NCBI RefSeq assembly: GCF_001194135.2
Contig: NC_069001.1
Coordinates: 2,301,270 to 2,350,762 of the forward strand
Reading direction: 5' to 3'
Source: Octopus bimaculoides
Lineage: Eukaryota
Length of the DNA stretch: 49,493 nucleotides
Below, piece after piece: positions 14,046-26,039 of this stretch. Positions within the stretch are counted from its first letter, which is position 1; each line of letters begins with the position of its first letter. A model generated the notes under the pieces. That model was given only the letters and a program-made list of their open reading frames with translations, was not told the DNA's origin and did no database searches. The position numbers and the translations under genes are program-made.

Positions 14046-15290
14046 GCCAAAAAGACCTTATGGCCGGTCACCACAAGTGATCTTTTGTCACACGCTCAAC
14101 ATTCCGGTTCTCTTTCCATGTTGTTGACACTTTCGTATTGTCGTGCTTACTGAAGTGTTGTGTTGCTGTTTCTGATGCTGCTAATGATGATGATGATGAT
14201 GGCAATGTGTGTGTGTGAACGACGATCGAGGAGTGCGTGTCTACTGATGTTTATTTGCTATTTACGATGACAATGGTGTTGTATGTAATGCAAGAGCAAC
14301 CTCGGTTAGTGTGTGTGTGTGTGTGTATGTGTGTGTTGTAATGTTTGCTCTTTCAGACGATGATGTTTGTACAATGGTCGCATAGTCTGTATGTGTTTAT
14401 ATGCATATCTGTCTACTGATGGTTTTCAATTTAATATTACTATTACGATGATGTTTCAGCAATGTTTGGATCTTGTGTGTGTGTATATATATATATGAGT
14501 GTGTGTGTGTATGCGTGTGTCTAGCTAATTCTCTTATTTGCTTCTATTTACTATATAGCTAGCTACCTTCGTCTATCTATCTATTTATCTGTCTATCCTG
14601 TTTGGTCTATCTCGCTTCCTTCGCTTGTCTGTCTGTCTGTCTGTCGCCCCCTTAATCTTTCTTTCCGTCTACTTAACTTTTCGACTCGCTTTTTTCCCCC
14701 ACCGCCCCCTTCTCTACTTCTCTCTCTCTCACTTCGTCTGTTTGTCTATCTATAAATTTCCTTCCTCTCAGAGTTTATTATTCGTCTGTTTGTTCCCCTC
14801 CAGACACACACACAGACTCTTAACTCTTTGCAGTACCTAGCAAGATATAACAGCTGATATAGAAACACACAGATACACACTCACTAAGGGATAATGTTCT
14901 AAGGGAACACATGCGTTATCAGCTTCTACATGGGCATGTCAAAGTGTTTTATTCTATATAGACGCACACGTCTGTTCTGAAAACCGAAATCTATAGTTAT
15001 TGAATAATAACTAAGCTAGCTCTTCTGAAACGTAAACAACTATTCGCTTCTGTACATGTAATACCTACATGCGTGTGTGTGTGTGTGTGCGTACATATAT
15101 AATATATATACGCATATATGTATGTGTGTATTGTTTATTTACAATTTATAATGCATCGATATTTTTGTTGATGTTGTGAACCAATTTGCGACGACAGTCT
15201 AGCCTTCATATATATACATACATATATTTATATACACACGCATATACGAACGTATTATCTGTTGCTAATTCAGGTGAGAGCGTGCGTGCT

Positions 15291-15322
<32 letters not shown>

Positions 15323-16644
15323 TAGATAGATAGATTATAGATTATTATGATCTGCGCAAAAGGAGGCGTACATAATTATATAAAAACACGAATGATATAT
15401 ATGTATGTATATATATATATATATATAGCACGCAATTAGTGAAACCTCAGCCCAGGTGGAGCTCAGTTTAGATACAAAAAATATGCATTTACATACAGAA
15501 TTTATCACACAAACACACACATATATACATATATATGTGTTGGAATTTGGGGGAGGGTGTGTGTGCCGAGTCTTTACGTTTTTTGGATTATTATTCTAAC
15601 TATTATTATTCATACGCACTCTACCGGGTTCGTTCTTGCCTCCTAACTTCCTCCAATGCAGCCAGACAGACGGCTTATGTTTCTTTATTGTAGTATGTAT
15701 TTTTCTGTCATTTGTAAAGGTTTGTATTTTGCATGATCAAGTAGTTTCTTTTTTTTCTTTCTTTACAAGGATTTGACCGTCTAATATTTAATTTAAGGGT
15801 TTCGTTTCTTATGCCCCTTACAGTTTATCTTTCATTGTTCTCCCCTTTTTTTAAAAAAATTCTTCCCTTCTCTTACATTTCATCACATCAACCAGCAGAA
15901 CGAGGAAAGAGTTTGTCTGTTTTCCTGAGTCAAAGAATTTAAGTCTTTCTGGCGGAACAAAACACCCGAAACCATAACACACACACACACTGATGTCTAT
16001 ATATATCTATACAACATGCATATAGGCACACAGGCATTCGCATTAATGTATATACGAAATGTATTTATATATTATACACGTATGTATATATGCATAAATA
16101 CACACATATTATATAAATGTATGTATACACTCACGTCTATAAATATCTATTATAGCAAGCATATAGGCACACGGGCAGTCCCGTTCATGTATATATATGA
16201 AATGCGTTTATGTATTATCTACGCATGCATGTATGCACACACACATATAAATATATATATGTATTTATGCACAGAAACATAAGCATATAAATGTATTAAA
16301 TATACATGTGAGCGTGTATAATTGTGTACTGGAGTCTACGCACGTATGTATGTAGTTATATGTACAAATATATAATTGTATGTGCTATTGTGTGCCGACT
16401 TTGTTTATGTATAGAAAAACATGCACGTCCATACACGTATATATATATATTTATAAACAAAAAATGTGTCAGTACATATACACTTGTGCACCGGAATCTA
16501 TTTTTATATATTTATAGAGAAATATGTATTATAAAAAATATAAAGAAAAATTTTATAGACGTTTGAAAAATGAATGTGCGTGGGTATGTATTGTATGTTT
16601 GTAGAGCATATAATAAAATCACTCTATACACAATTATATATAAA

Positions 16645-17230
16645 TACTTTAAGAAAAAAAAACACGTATGTGTTGTGTGTTTATATAGCAAGTATGCGTA
16701 TATATAAACATATATATATATATACAATTTATACACAAATATATTTATATCTACATTAAAAAATGCTTGTAAGTGTTGTTTTTATACAGCATGTATGCAT
16801 ATATATACACATATATACGCAGTTATATATATACTTTAAAAAAGTGCTTGTAGGTGTGTTTATACAGCATGTATGCACATGTATATGCACATGTATATGC
16901 ATATATAGTTATATTTATACTTTAAAAATACTTGTATGTCTAGTGTTTATATAGAATGTGTGCATATATTTACAGTTATATACTTTAAAAAAGTGCTTGT
17001 ATGTGTTGTGTGTTTACATAGCATGTATGCATATATATATATATAATATACACATGTATTTATATATATATATGTGTGTGCATATATAGTTATATATATA
17101 CTTTAAAAAAGTGCTTGTATGTGTTGTTTATATAGCATGTATGTATATATTTACAGAGTTATATACTTTTTAAAAAAGTGCTTGTATGTGTTGTGTGTTT
17201 ATATAGCATGCATGCAGATATATATGTATA
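16645..17230 (+). repeat. Degenerate minisatellite, about 7 units of variable length
   Basis: Core ACTTTAAAAAAGTGCTTGTATGTGTTG(TGTG)TTTATATAGCATGTATGCAT at about 16645, 16755, 16830, 16918, 16983, 17100 and 17166, separated by TA-rich spacers. Confidence 0.8.
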
Positions 17231-17233
17231 ATC

Positions 17234-17265
<32 letters not shown>

Positions 17266-18150
17266 CACACACACACGTTGGCACCAGATTTGGTAATTAA
17301 TTATACGTGGGAGTTACTTTTCATAAACAAAATTTTTTTTTTCGGTATTTTTTGTTTTGTTTTTGATCATCTCAAAAGAATCAGGTTTTTACAGATGCAA
17401 CAGAAAAATAAAGTGTATATAAAAAAAAATAAATACAAAACAATCCTGTCAGCCGTGGTTCCTGTAAAGTGGTTTAAATTTCGCCCTCCACCCACGCAAG
17501 CGACATCTCGCCATTTCTCTCCAAGACACTTGCCCGGGGAAGCTACTACTTTTCACAGCCGCATTTTCGTATCAGCCATATACATGGAAAGAAACGAAGG
17601 AAAAAGAAACTAATGGATTTATATATTTTATTTCAATATTCTTTTCGTTTCATCTAGTTACTGTGCATTATTTTAAGATGTATAATACTTGGTTTTATAT
17701 TATATTATATCATATCATATCATATCATGTGTGTGTGTGTCTGAAACCGTGGCGAGAACCTCTGAGTAGCGCCGGAATGAATCACTCGCTTCAAAAGAAA
17801 GATTCTCTTGTTTGTTGAATGCGTTCTGTCTCGGATCTTTATGCAAACTTCTAATTCTCTGTGTATATATATATATATATACACGTATATGTGGGTGTTC
17901 ATGCGCATACCCACTGCATAAACATACATATGTAGGCATTTATATATATATATATATATATATATAAATGTATGTATGCACATTATATATATGTATGCAT
18001 ATATATATGCGTATATGCATATGTATGCATGTATATATATATATATATATATATATGCATATATATGTATGCATATAGTTACACGTGTATGCATATATAT
18101 ATATATGTGTGTGTGTGTGTGTATGTACACACACATATTTATATATATAT

Positions 18151-18347
18151 TCTTTTACTTGTTTCAGTCATTTGACTGTGGCCATGCTGGAGCACTGCCT
18201 TTTTAGTAGAAGAAATCGACCTCTGGACTTATTCTTTGTAAGCACAGTACTTATTCTCATGGTCTCTTTTGCCGAACCTCTATGTTACAGGGAACGTAAA
18301 CACACCAGCATCAGTCGTCCAGCAATGGTGGCGGAGACAAATACACA
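18151..18347 (-). mobile_element. SINE family A, 3' half
   Basis: TCTTTTACTTGTTTCAGTCATTTGACTGTGGCCATGCTGGAGCACTGCC...GCCGAACC..GTAAACACACCAGCATC is the reverse complement of the family A 3' region. Confidence 0.9.
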
Positions 18348-18370
18348 AGCATATACATATATATATATGG

Positions 18371-18487
18371 AAAAGAGACTGATAGAATAAGTACTGTGCT
18401 TACAAAGAATAAGTCCTGGGGTTGATTTGTTTGACTAAAGGCAGTGCTCCAGCATGGCCGCAGTCAAATGACTGAAACAAATAAGAA
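18371..18487 (+). mobile_element. SINE family A, 3' fragment, inverted relative to 18151-18347
   Basis: GATAGAATAAGTACTGTGCTTACAAAGAATAAGTCCTGGGG..CTCCAGCATGGCCGCAGTCAAATGACTGAAACAA. Confidence 0.9.
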
Positions 18488-19260
18488 GAAAAATATGTAT
18501 TTATATGCATATATATACATATATATATATACATGTATATGCACATATACATACACAGTGTAGCTCAAAGCAGATAAGGCTATAATTAAAAGTGTGTAAA
18601 AATATCAGGTTAGAAAGAGTTGGATGTGAACCCACATCTTCTCAACACACACTCACACACACACACACACAAATCTATGAGTGACAGACAGACAAATATG
18701 TCAAAAATAAATAAACATCATTTTTGAAAGAATTATTTCTAGAAACAAAAGAATTGTAATTTGATTCATTTAAATACTTAATCTATTGTTTAGTAGACAT
18801 ACCTTTTGCAGTTTTTTAATGATTTAACTTGTTTGTTTTAAATCTACATGAAATCTTTCTCTCTCTCTCTCCAAACACACACACACAAAAAAAAAACATG
18901 CTGTGTAGTACCTGTATCTTTTAAATAATAATACAAACTACCAATAATTGCTTGTTATGTAAATTAGGTCAGTCCAATAGAGTTCTAATCATTTATGTAT
19001 CTACTATAAATACATAAAAGTTACCACACTCCGTTTGGTCTGTATGATGACTAATAGCTGATTGATGAAGCAGCAAACGGGGTCGATACCCTTTTTTTTT
19101 TTTATCCTTATTAATGATCAAGAAAATCAGGTGGGTTAGCAATAATAACTGAGCTCCATGGTCTAAGGCCTAAAAGTGTGCGTTTACTNNNNNNNNNNNN
19201 NNNNNNNNNNNNNNNNNNNNNNNNNNNNNNNNNNNNNNNNNNNNNNNNNNNNNNNNNNNN

Positions 19261-19320
<60 letters not shown>

Positions 19321-19600
19321 GCATACATATGTGCATATTTAAACATGCATATATATTTACATGTATATACATATATCTACACACACACACATTCATATAT
19401 ACATTTATATACATACATATATGTGTGTATATATATATGTATATACATACATACATATGAATATATATATATATATATGAATATATATATACGTGTGTGT
19501 ATATATATATATGTGAAGTATATTTGCCACTTAAATGTGGCTAAGCACTAAGGGTGGATGCTACTGTAGCTTGTATACCTCATTCAGAGATTTATTATTG

Positions 19601-19633
<33 letters not shown>

Positions 19634-19640
19634 TCATCAT

Positions 19641-21600
19641 CATAACATGTCCAAGTTTCACAGGAATACAACAGGAATGGTAAGACAAATGATTTGTAAA
19701 GAGCCAGCTTTGTATGTTGCTGGCACCAAATGTGTGACTCTCTTGAATTTGCAGCTGTATTTCTGTATCAAGATTTCCATCATTTTGAACAGAGCTTCCA
19801 AGGTAGATGAATGAATCGACAACCTGAAGTAACTTAGCCTTAACAAAAATTTTAGTGGGGTTGCAAACAGCACCACATACAATTTGGTGCATTACAACTG
19901 TTTTTTTTCAAGTTGATGGTCCAGCCAAAATCATCCGAAGCTGAGTTAGATGCAGATACAAAAGATTGCAGACCCGTTTCAGAATGACTGACAAGATTGC
20001 TTTTATCAGTGTGTAGAAAAGTTCCCTAATGAGTGAAGTGAAAACCTTCGTTTTGAATTTCAATCTGGTCAGATTAAAAACATTCCCTGCTGTTCGATAT
20101 TTTATGTAAAGACCCTACTCAGAGTTTTGAAAAGCATGTGACAACACAACAGCAAAGTATATTGCAAAGAGGGTGGGTGCATCAAGGCCCCTCCTTGCTT
20201 TACTCCATTTTTCATGGCAAAAGATTCAGAGAGCCTACCACCAAAGTTAACTCTAGCTTTCAGATCTTGATGCAAAGCCCTGGTCATGTTTACAAATTTT
20301 TCTGGGCAACCTATTTTCTTTAGAATTAACCACATAGCATTTCGGTTAACAGTATCGAATGCTTTGCTCAAATCAACAAAGCAATGGTATAGAGCAAGAT
20401 TCTGTTCAATGCACTTTTCTTGTAATTGTCTGACAGTAAAGATACAATCAGCTGTGCCCCTGGAGGAATGAAAAAAACACTGAGATTAAGACACTGTATT
20501 TGGAACTATAAAGGTATTTAAATGTTCTAACAAAATGCGGGTAAGTACCTTTCCAACCACAGACAAAAGCAAAATCCCACAAAAATTACCACACAGATCC
20601 TTTGGCCCCCATTTATACAAGGAGACTAAAATGGCATCAATCCAGTCTTGAGGCACTTTCTCAGTTCTCCAACAGTAACAAATTAATATATTTAAGAGTT
20701 CAAACATTTTGTCACCCCCATATTTCAAGACTTCTGCACAGATTCTATCAGGCTTTTTGTTATTCAGCTTTATTCACAGCTAAATAAATGTCATTTAGAG
20801 TTGTTTCAAATGCCATCTCTTCTATAACTGGACAGTGTTTGATTTTTTCTATTGTCCTCATGTCAGCGAATGATGGTCTATTCAAAAGAGCAAAAAAATG
20901 TTCTACCCAACGCTTACAAATAGAAGCGGTGTCAGTCAGAAGAAAACGTCCATTTGCTGTTCTCACTGGAGCTATTGAAGAAGATTTTGGGCCATATACC
21001 TCCTTAACATAAGAGTACAAACCCTTGGCATCATTTCTATCAGCTGCTTCTTGTTCCCCTTTTGTTCTATCATTCCATCATTCCTACCTTTTGTCAGTTT
21101 AATACAGTATGACATGATCCACTTGGAAGCTCTGCAATGGAGGATACTAATGTATTCTTAAGAGCAAACTCAATACCAGATTCTCTATGCTAACCTTTAG
21201 GGAGGCCTCTCCAAAAAATAGTATATCCATAAGTAAGTTCATTTACTTGACAATCACCAGAGAGACGAGTTTCAGAGAGCGCAACTATATCAAGGAAATA
21301 TTTCTTAAGCTCACATGCAATAAGTGCAGTACGCCTTTCTGGCGTCTTCGTGAAATTATCATCAAGAAGTGTGCGCACATTCCAACAGCCAAAATTCAAA
21401 GGATTGTTATTTTTACTTTTTCTTGAAGATTGTTTAATCACAGTGGCAGGATGACGACTGGGTCCAGCTTGTGATACACTGGGACACCTGCCGAGCCAGA
21501 CCTGTTCCCTGATGTTCCCAAGCCTTTTTTGCCATTTACTGAATCTGTTTGAGACANNNNNNNNNNCCTTCTCCTAGGTAGATTACCAACCAAGGTTAAA
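19641..21600 (-). mobile_element. Decayed RTE-clade (BovB-like) LINE: AP endonuclease plus reverse transcriptase pseudogene
   Basis: Minus-strand fragments: CWNVRTLL..PERRTALIACEL..DIVALSETRL (APE); VYGP..RWVEHFFALLNRPS; VPQDWIDAILVSLYK..GILLLSVVGKVLTRIL; FVDLSKAFDTVNR..GCPEKFV..GVKQG; ELFYTD (decayed YADD); FIYLGS; TKLALYKSFVLPFLLYSCETWTCY. Multiple stops, frameshifts and internal deletions. Confidence 0.95.
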
Positions 21601-22446
21601 CAGCTTCTACCTGCCCATAAGGTAAGTTATCCCATTCCAGACACCAAACCAACACTCAAATACTCTATAAAGTGATCAAATATCATTCCAGCGACCAACA
21701 CGGAGTAACTCATTCATACATAAAAATTTTTTAAAAAGTCTGATATGTGATTTGCAAATGTAAATAAGAATGAAATATAGATAATATATATAAATATAAA
21801 AAAGTAAAAGATATGCAATAAATATGTATATAAAAGTAAAAATATACATATATAAAAAAAGGTACGATGTGTGAATAAGAATTAGATAAGAATTAAATAT
21901 AAATAATATATATAAACATGAAGAAAAGTAAAAGATATGCAATTGAAAAATATAAAATAATATATAAATAAAAGTAAAAATATACAAGCAAAAATATATA
22001 TNNNNNNNNNNNNNNNNNNNNNNNNNNNNNNNNNNNNNNNNNNNNNNNNNNNNNNNNNNNNNNNNNNNNNNNNNNNNNNNNNNNNNNNNNNNNNNNNNNN
22101 NNNNNNNNNNNNNNNNNNNNNNNNNNNNNNNNNNNNNNNNNNNNNNNNNNNNNNNNNNNNNNNNNNNNNNNNNNNNNNNNNNNNNNNNNNNNNNNNNNNN
22201 NNNNNNNNNNNNNNNNNNNNNNNNNNNNNNNNNNNNNNNNNNNNNNNNNNNNNNNNNNNNNNNNNNNNNNNNNNNNNNNNNNNNNNNNNNNNNNNNNNNN
22301 NNNNNNNNNNNNNNNNNNNNNNNNNNNNNNNNNNNNNNNNNNNNNNNNNNNNNNNNNNNNNNNNNNNNNNNNNNNNNNNNNNNNNNNNNNNNNNNNNNNN
22401 NNNNNNNNNNNNNNNNNNNNNNNNNNNNNNNNNNNNNNNNNNNNNN

Positions 22447-22745
22447 ACCAACCACATGGTTCCGGGTTCAGTCCCACTGCGTGGCACCTTGGGCAAGTGT
22501 CTTCTACTATAGCCTCGGGCCAACCAAAGCCTTGTGAGTGGATTTGGTAGACGGAAACATATGTATATATGTGTGTCTGTGTTTGTCCCCCCAACATCAC
22601 TTAACAACCGATGCTGGTGTGTTTACGTAACCTCGCGGTTCGGCAAAAGAGACCGACAGAATAAGTACTAGGCTTACAAAGAATAAGTCCTGGGTTCGAT
22701 TTGCTCGACTAAAGGCGGTGCTGCAGCATGGCCGCAGTCAAATGA
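22447..22745 (+). mobile_element. SINE family A, little-diverged copy; 5' end lies in a gap and 3' end is cut at the hAT left terminus
   Basis: B-box-like GGTTCAGTCCC (22465-22475) and CORE-like CCTTGGGCAAGTG (22487-22499). The copy ends at GTCAAATGA, lacking the CTGAAACAA tail that other copies have. Confidence 0.9.
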
Positions 22746-23425
22746 GGGGCGTGCACTCTCAAGTGTGATTTTTTATCCATATCATCGGAAAATTAGATAA
22801 AATAGTTACTCTTTGTTTCAAAGAAAATCCGTCCAGGTGTTTTCGAAATATTCTGCCTCCCCTTCCCCCTCTCTCGGCGACTCCTACTTCTGCTTTGAGA
22901 AGACCCGCAATGACAGACACTCCCTCTTTGTCTCTGTTAGTTTGTCCCTCCTTCCCTTCCCCCCTCTCTCTCTCTTATGCTAAGAGGAAAGGTCATTCAT
23001 AATATTTTGTACCCCACTTCCACTCTCTCTCTCTCAGTGACTTGACAAATTCATTGTTGCATGTCGTAATTTGAGAAAACCCTCACGACCTCCCTCTCTG
23101 TCTCTTTGTTAGTGTAGGATTGTTGCTAACCTGGTTCCACTTTTAGACCCGTAAAATTTCTGACCACAACAAGAGCATTCCCTTAATTCTTGAGTTAGTC
23201 AGCTGAAATGTTGGAATAATAGCCTGGCGGTAAGTTTGAATTTTTTAAATCCAAAATATCTGTTTGCACTATTATATTTTTGGAGTGTTCTGAAAACAAA
23301 AATATTACCTGTATTATATTTCTTATTTCAGAAGTAGCTAATTAATCTTAAATTTTGTTGAAATTGACTTACAATTTACGCAGACGATTACATTTGTGTT
23401 CTTATATAAGAGTAACCTTTTTCGA

Positions 23426-26039
23426 AATGAGTGAAATGTGTTATAAACAATATTTTGAGAAATAGTTGTTCGAAAAGAGACTTCGATGGAAAACAATTAA
23501 TTATAAACGGTGAGAGACCAATACCGAATTTACCTAATTTGCGAAGCTACAACAAGAAATTCACGAGACAATTTCAGGTTAATTTGTATGAAAAGAAAAA
23601 ATGGCTAACTGGAAGTGCTACACTTAATAAATTAATCTGTTGGCTTTGTTTACTTTTTCGCTTAGAAAAGAATGTTTGGAATGATAAAGGCTTTGATTAT
23701 TTATATAATTTACATATGGCTATAAAGGCATATAAAATCTTTGATATGTCTTAAAATATTCGGGAATGTTCGCATAGACTGCATGTAAAAATCAAAGCAG
23801 ACAACATCATAATGAGAAAGTTAGACAAAACAGATTCATTCGGCAACGATTGATCGATGTTGTTATTTTCTTTAGGCCTCAAGGAATTATCGGTTCGGGG
23901 TCATTTTGAATCTGAAGGCTCTGATAATCGTGGAAATTATAAAAAAAAACTCGTATATTTAATCAGTAAATATGACAAAAAAATGGAAAGTCATCTAGAT
24001 ACAGCTTCTATCTTCACCGGTCTGTCAAACAGAATTCAAAATGACTTGATCGATGCAATTCATAAAGTTATGTTAAATGAGATGCAAAAGGAAATTGAGC
24101 AAGTTAAGTTTGAGGGTACTATTCAAGAAGAGTGGTCCCTGTTGTATTAGCGCTTGCACATCATAGATTCATCTATTTCTACGATGTGCCCGAGTCCACC
24201 AATTTATTAGGGGTTGCGCAAAAGATAATTACTAGTAATGACCCTCATGTACTTATACCATTGAAAGAGCGGTCATCTCAGACGATGTCCGGCTGTATTA
24301 TGGGGACCATAATAAATACGTGAGAAGAATGAAGTCTTGTAGTCGTAATTTTCAATTTTCTAGAAACGAAGACTTTTTAATGGACTTTATTTACCAAAAA
24401 CAGATAAGTGTATAATTTATTTACTTTGTTTAAAAGCAATGATTTACTTTTTGTAAAGAAATTATTTTGTTGAGAAAGAAATCCTCGTACATGTTTTGCG
24501 CATGCGCACCTGATTCTTTTGCGCTCATCTGTTAATTTGCATTCGCGCACTCGCGCAAGGTAGTTGCAGGATCGACTAGTCACGCCTAGCTAGCGCGAGT
24601 GCGCGCACCGGGACCAGTCTTCTTGAATACTACCCCAAGTTTGTTTTCTATTCTTGTTGACGAGGCATCTGATGTCTCAGCATATTCACAACTGTCAACA
24701 GTTTTACGTTTATGTCACAGAAGACTGTTGTGACGAAAGAACGATCTATCGGTTTTAGTGATGTTAGAGTGCAGATTGATCTGCAAATGCTTTATCTCAA
24801 CATGTTTTTAAATGCATTGAGACGTGGGAATATGGAAACCGATTGATTGTACAGATATATGATGGTGCCGCTACAATGGCAGCACAATTAAATGGGCTAC
24901 AGGCAAAAGTGATAAAGAAATATGAACGTGCGATCTTTATTCATTGTTGTGCCCATATCCTAAATTTAGTTCTTTCACAATCATGCTCTGCTATGAAAGA
25001 ATAAACAGACTGGGTACAATAAACGGACTAGGTACAATAAATGGGCTGGGTACATTTTTTACGAAATCACCGAAAAGGGCTAATGCATTAGATAACATTG
25101 TTAAAAAAAGATTTCCGAAAGCAACAACAACCTGATGGAATTACGTCTTATTAATTACCACAAAATTATAATTTCATAATCAACCTTTTTGAACACATCA
25201 TTGAAAATCCTGAAGCATGGGATGATACCACCATAAATTCAGCAATTGGATTCTAATACACTTTAAAAAGCTCCTGATTTCTTATTTTTGTTAGAAGTAT
25301 TCAGTGATATTTTTTTCTTTTACTGACGTCTTATTTAACATCCTCCAGAGTAAAAGTCGTGACATAGTGTATTGTAAAGAGCAAATAGATAAAACTAGAA
25401 CTGTACTCGAAAACAAACTTGATAATTTTTCAATCTTTTATGATATGTTAGGGGAAAAATATGGAGTCGATGCAGGAATCTGAATTCAGAGATCCAAGAA
25501 TATATCTATTGAGCCGCAATGACATTATAGAATGCTTTATAACAAAATTATCAGTACAATAGTTGACCAAATAAAAGCACGATATTCATCCATAGAAGAG
25601 TTTAAATTCATGGAACTTTTGAATTTCAACAAAGTTGATGAGTATTGCAAACAATTTCCTGTGGACTCTTTAGATTCTTTAAAAATCACTTATGGCAGAT
25701 TTTTTGATGTAATACGATTACAAAGTGAGCTCAATGTGATGTATTCAATGAAGGATTTTAAAAAGCGAAGTGTAAGTCATTTAATGAGTTATATTTACAG
25801 CAGCGATCTTGTTGAAGCTATGCCAGAACTCTTCAATCAGTGCAAGTTGATTTTGACAATTCCGTCTACCACTGCTTCTGTAGAGCGATCCTTTTCTGCA
25901 TTAAGGTAGAATCAAAACATACCAAAGAAATGCGACAGGAGAAAGAAGACTGTCTGGGTTAGCACTAATGTCAATTGAAAAAGATTTATTACAACAATTG
26001 ATCCAGAAAGATCGAAGAATTGAATTAATTTATAAATAA
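23426..26039 (+). pseudogene. hAT transposase pseudogene (ZMYM1/DUF4371-type with hATC dimerisation domain)
   Basis: KWLTGS..LICWLCLLF..VWNDKGF (TTF-like Zn finger); LGLKELSVRGHFESEGSDNRGNY..SNRIQNDLI (DUF4371-like); ILVDEASDVS (catalytic D, 24659); YDGA (24861); HCCAHILNL (CxxH, 24945-24956); T*WNY (TRW motif); LILTIPSTTASVERSFSALR (catalytic E, 25883); RLSGLALMSIEK. Stops, frameshifts and a nested insertion. Confidence 0.95.
24113..24636. mobile_element. Non-autonomous TIR element (MITE-like, 524 bp) nested in the hAT transposase
   Basis: 26-bp TIRs GGGTACTATTCAAGAAGAGTGGTCCC (24114-24139) and GGGACCAGTCTTCTTGAATACTACCC (24610-24635), 24/26 identity. Flanked by direct repeat AAGTTTG (24106-24112, 24637-24643). 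Interrupts the transposase between EQVKF and SILVDE. Confidence 0.9.

Noticed and set aside
14911-14928. 13-mer GTTATCAGCTTCT shared with about 46663
   Set aside because: A 13-bp match between two sites is expected many times by chance in 49 kb.
16645-17230. Repeat-spacer appearance suggestive of a CRISPR array
   Set aside because: Eukaryotic context, degenerate units, spacers that are TA microsatellite rather than unique, and no cas genes.
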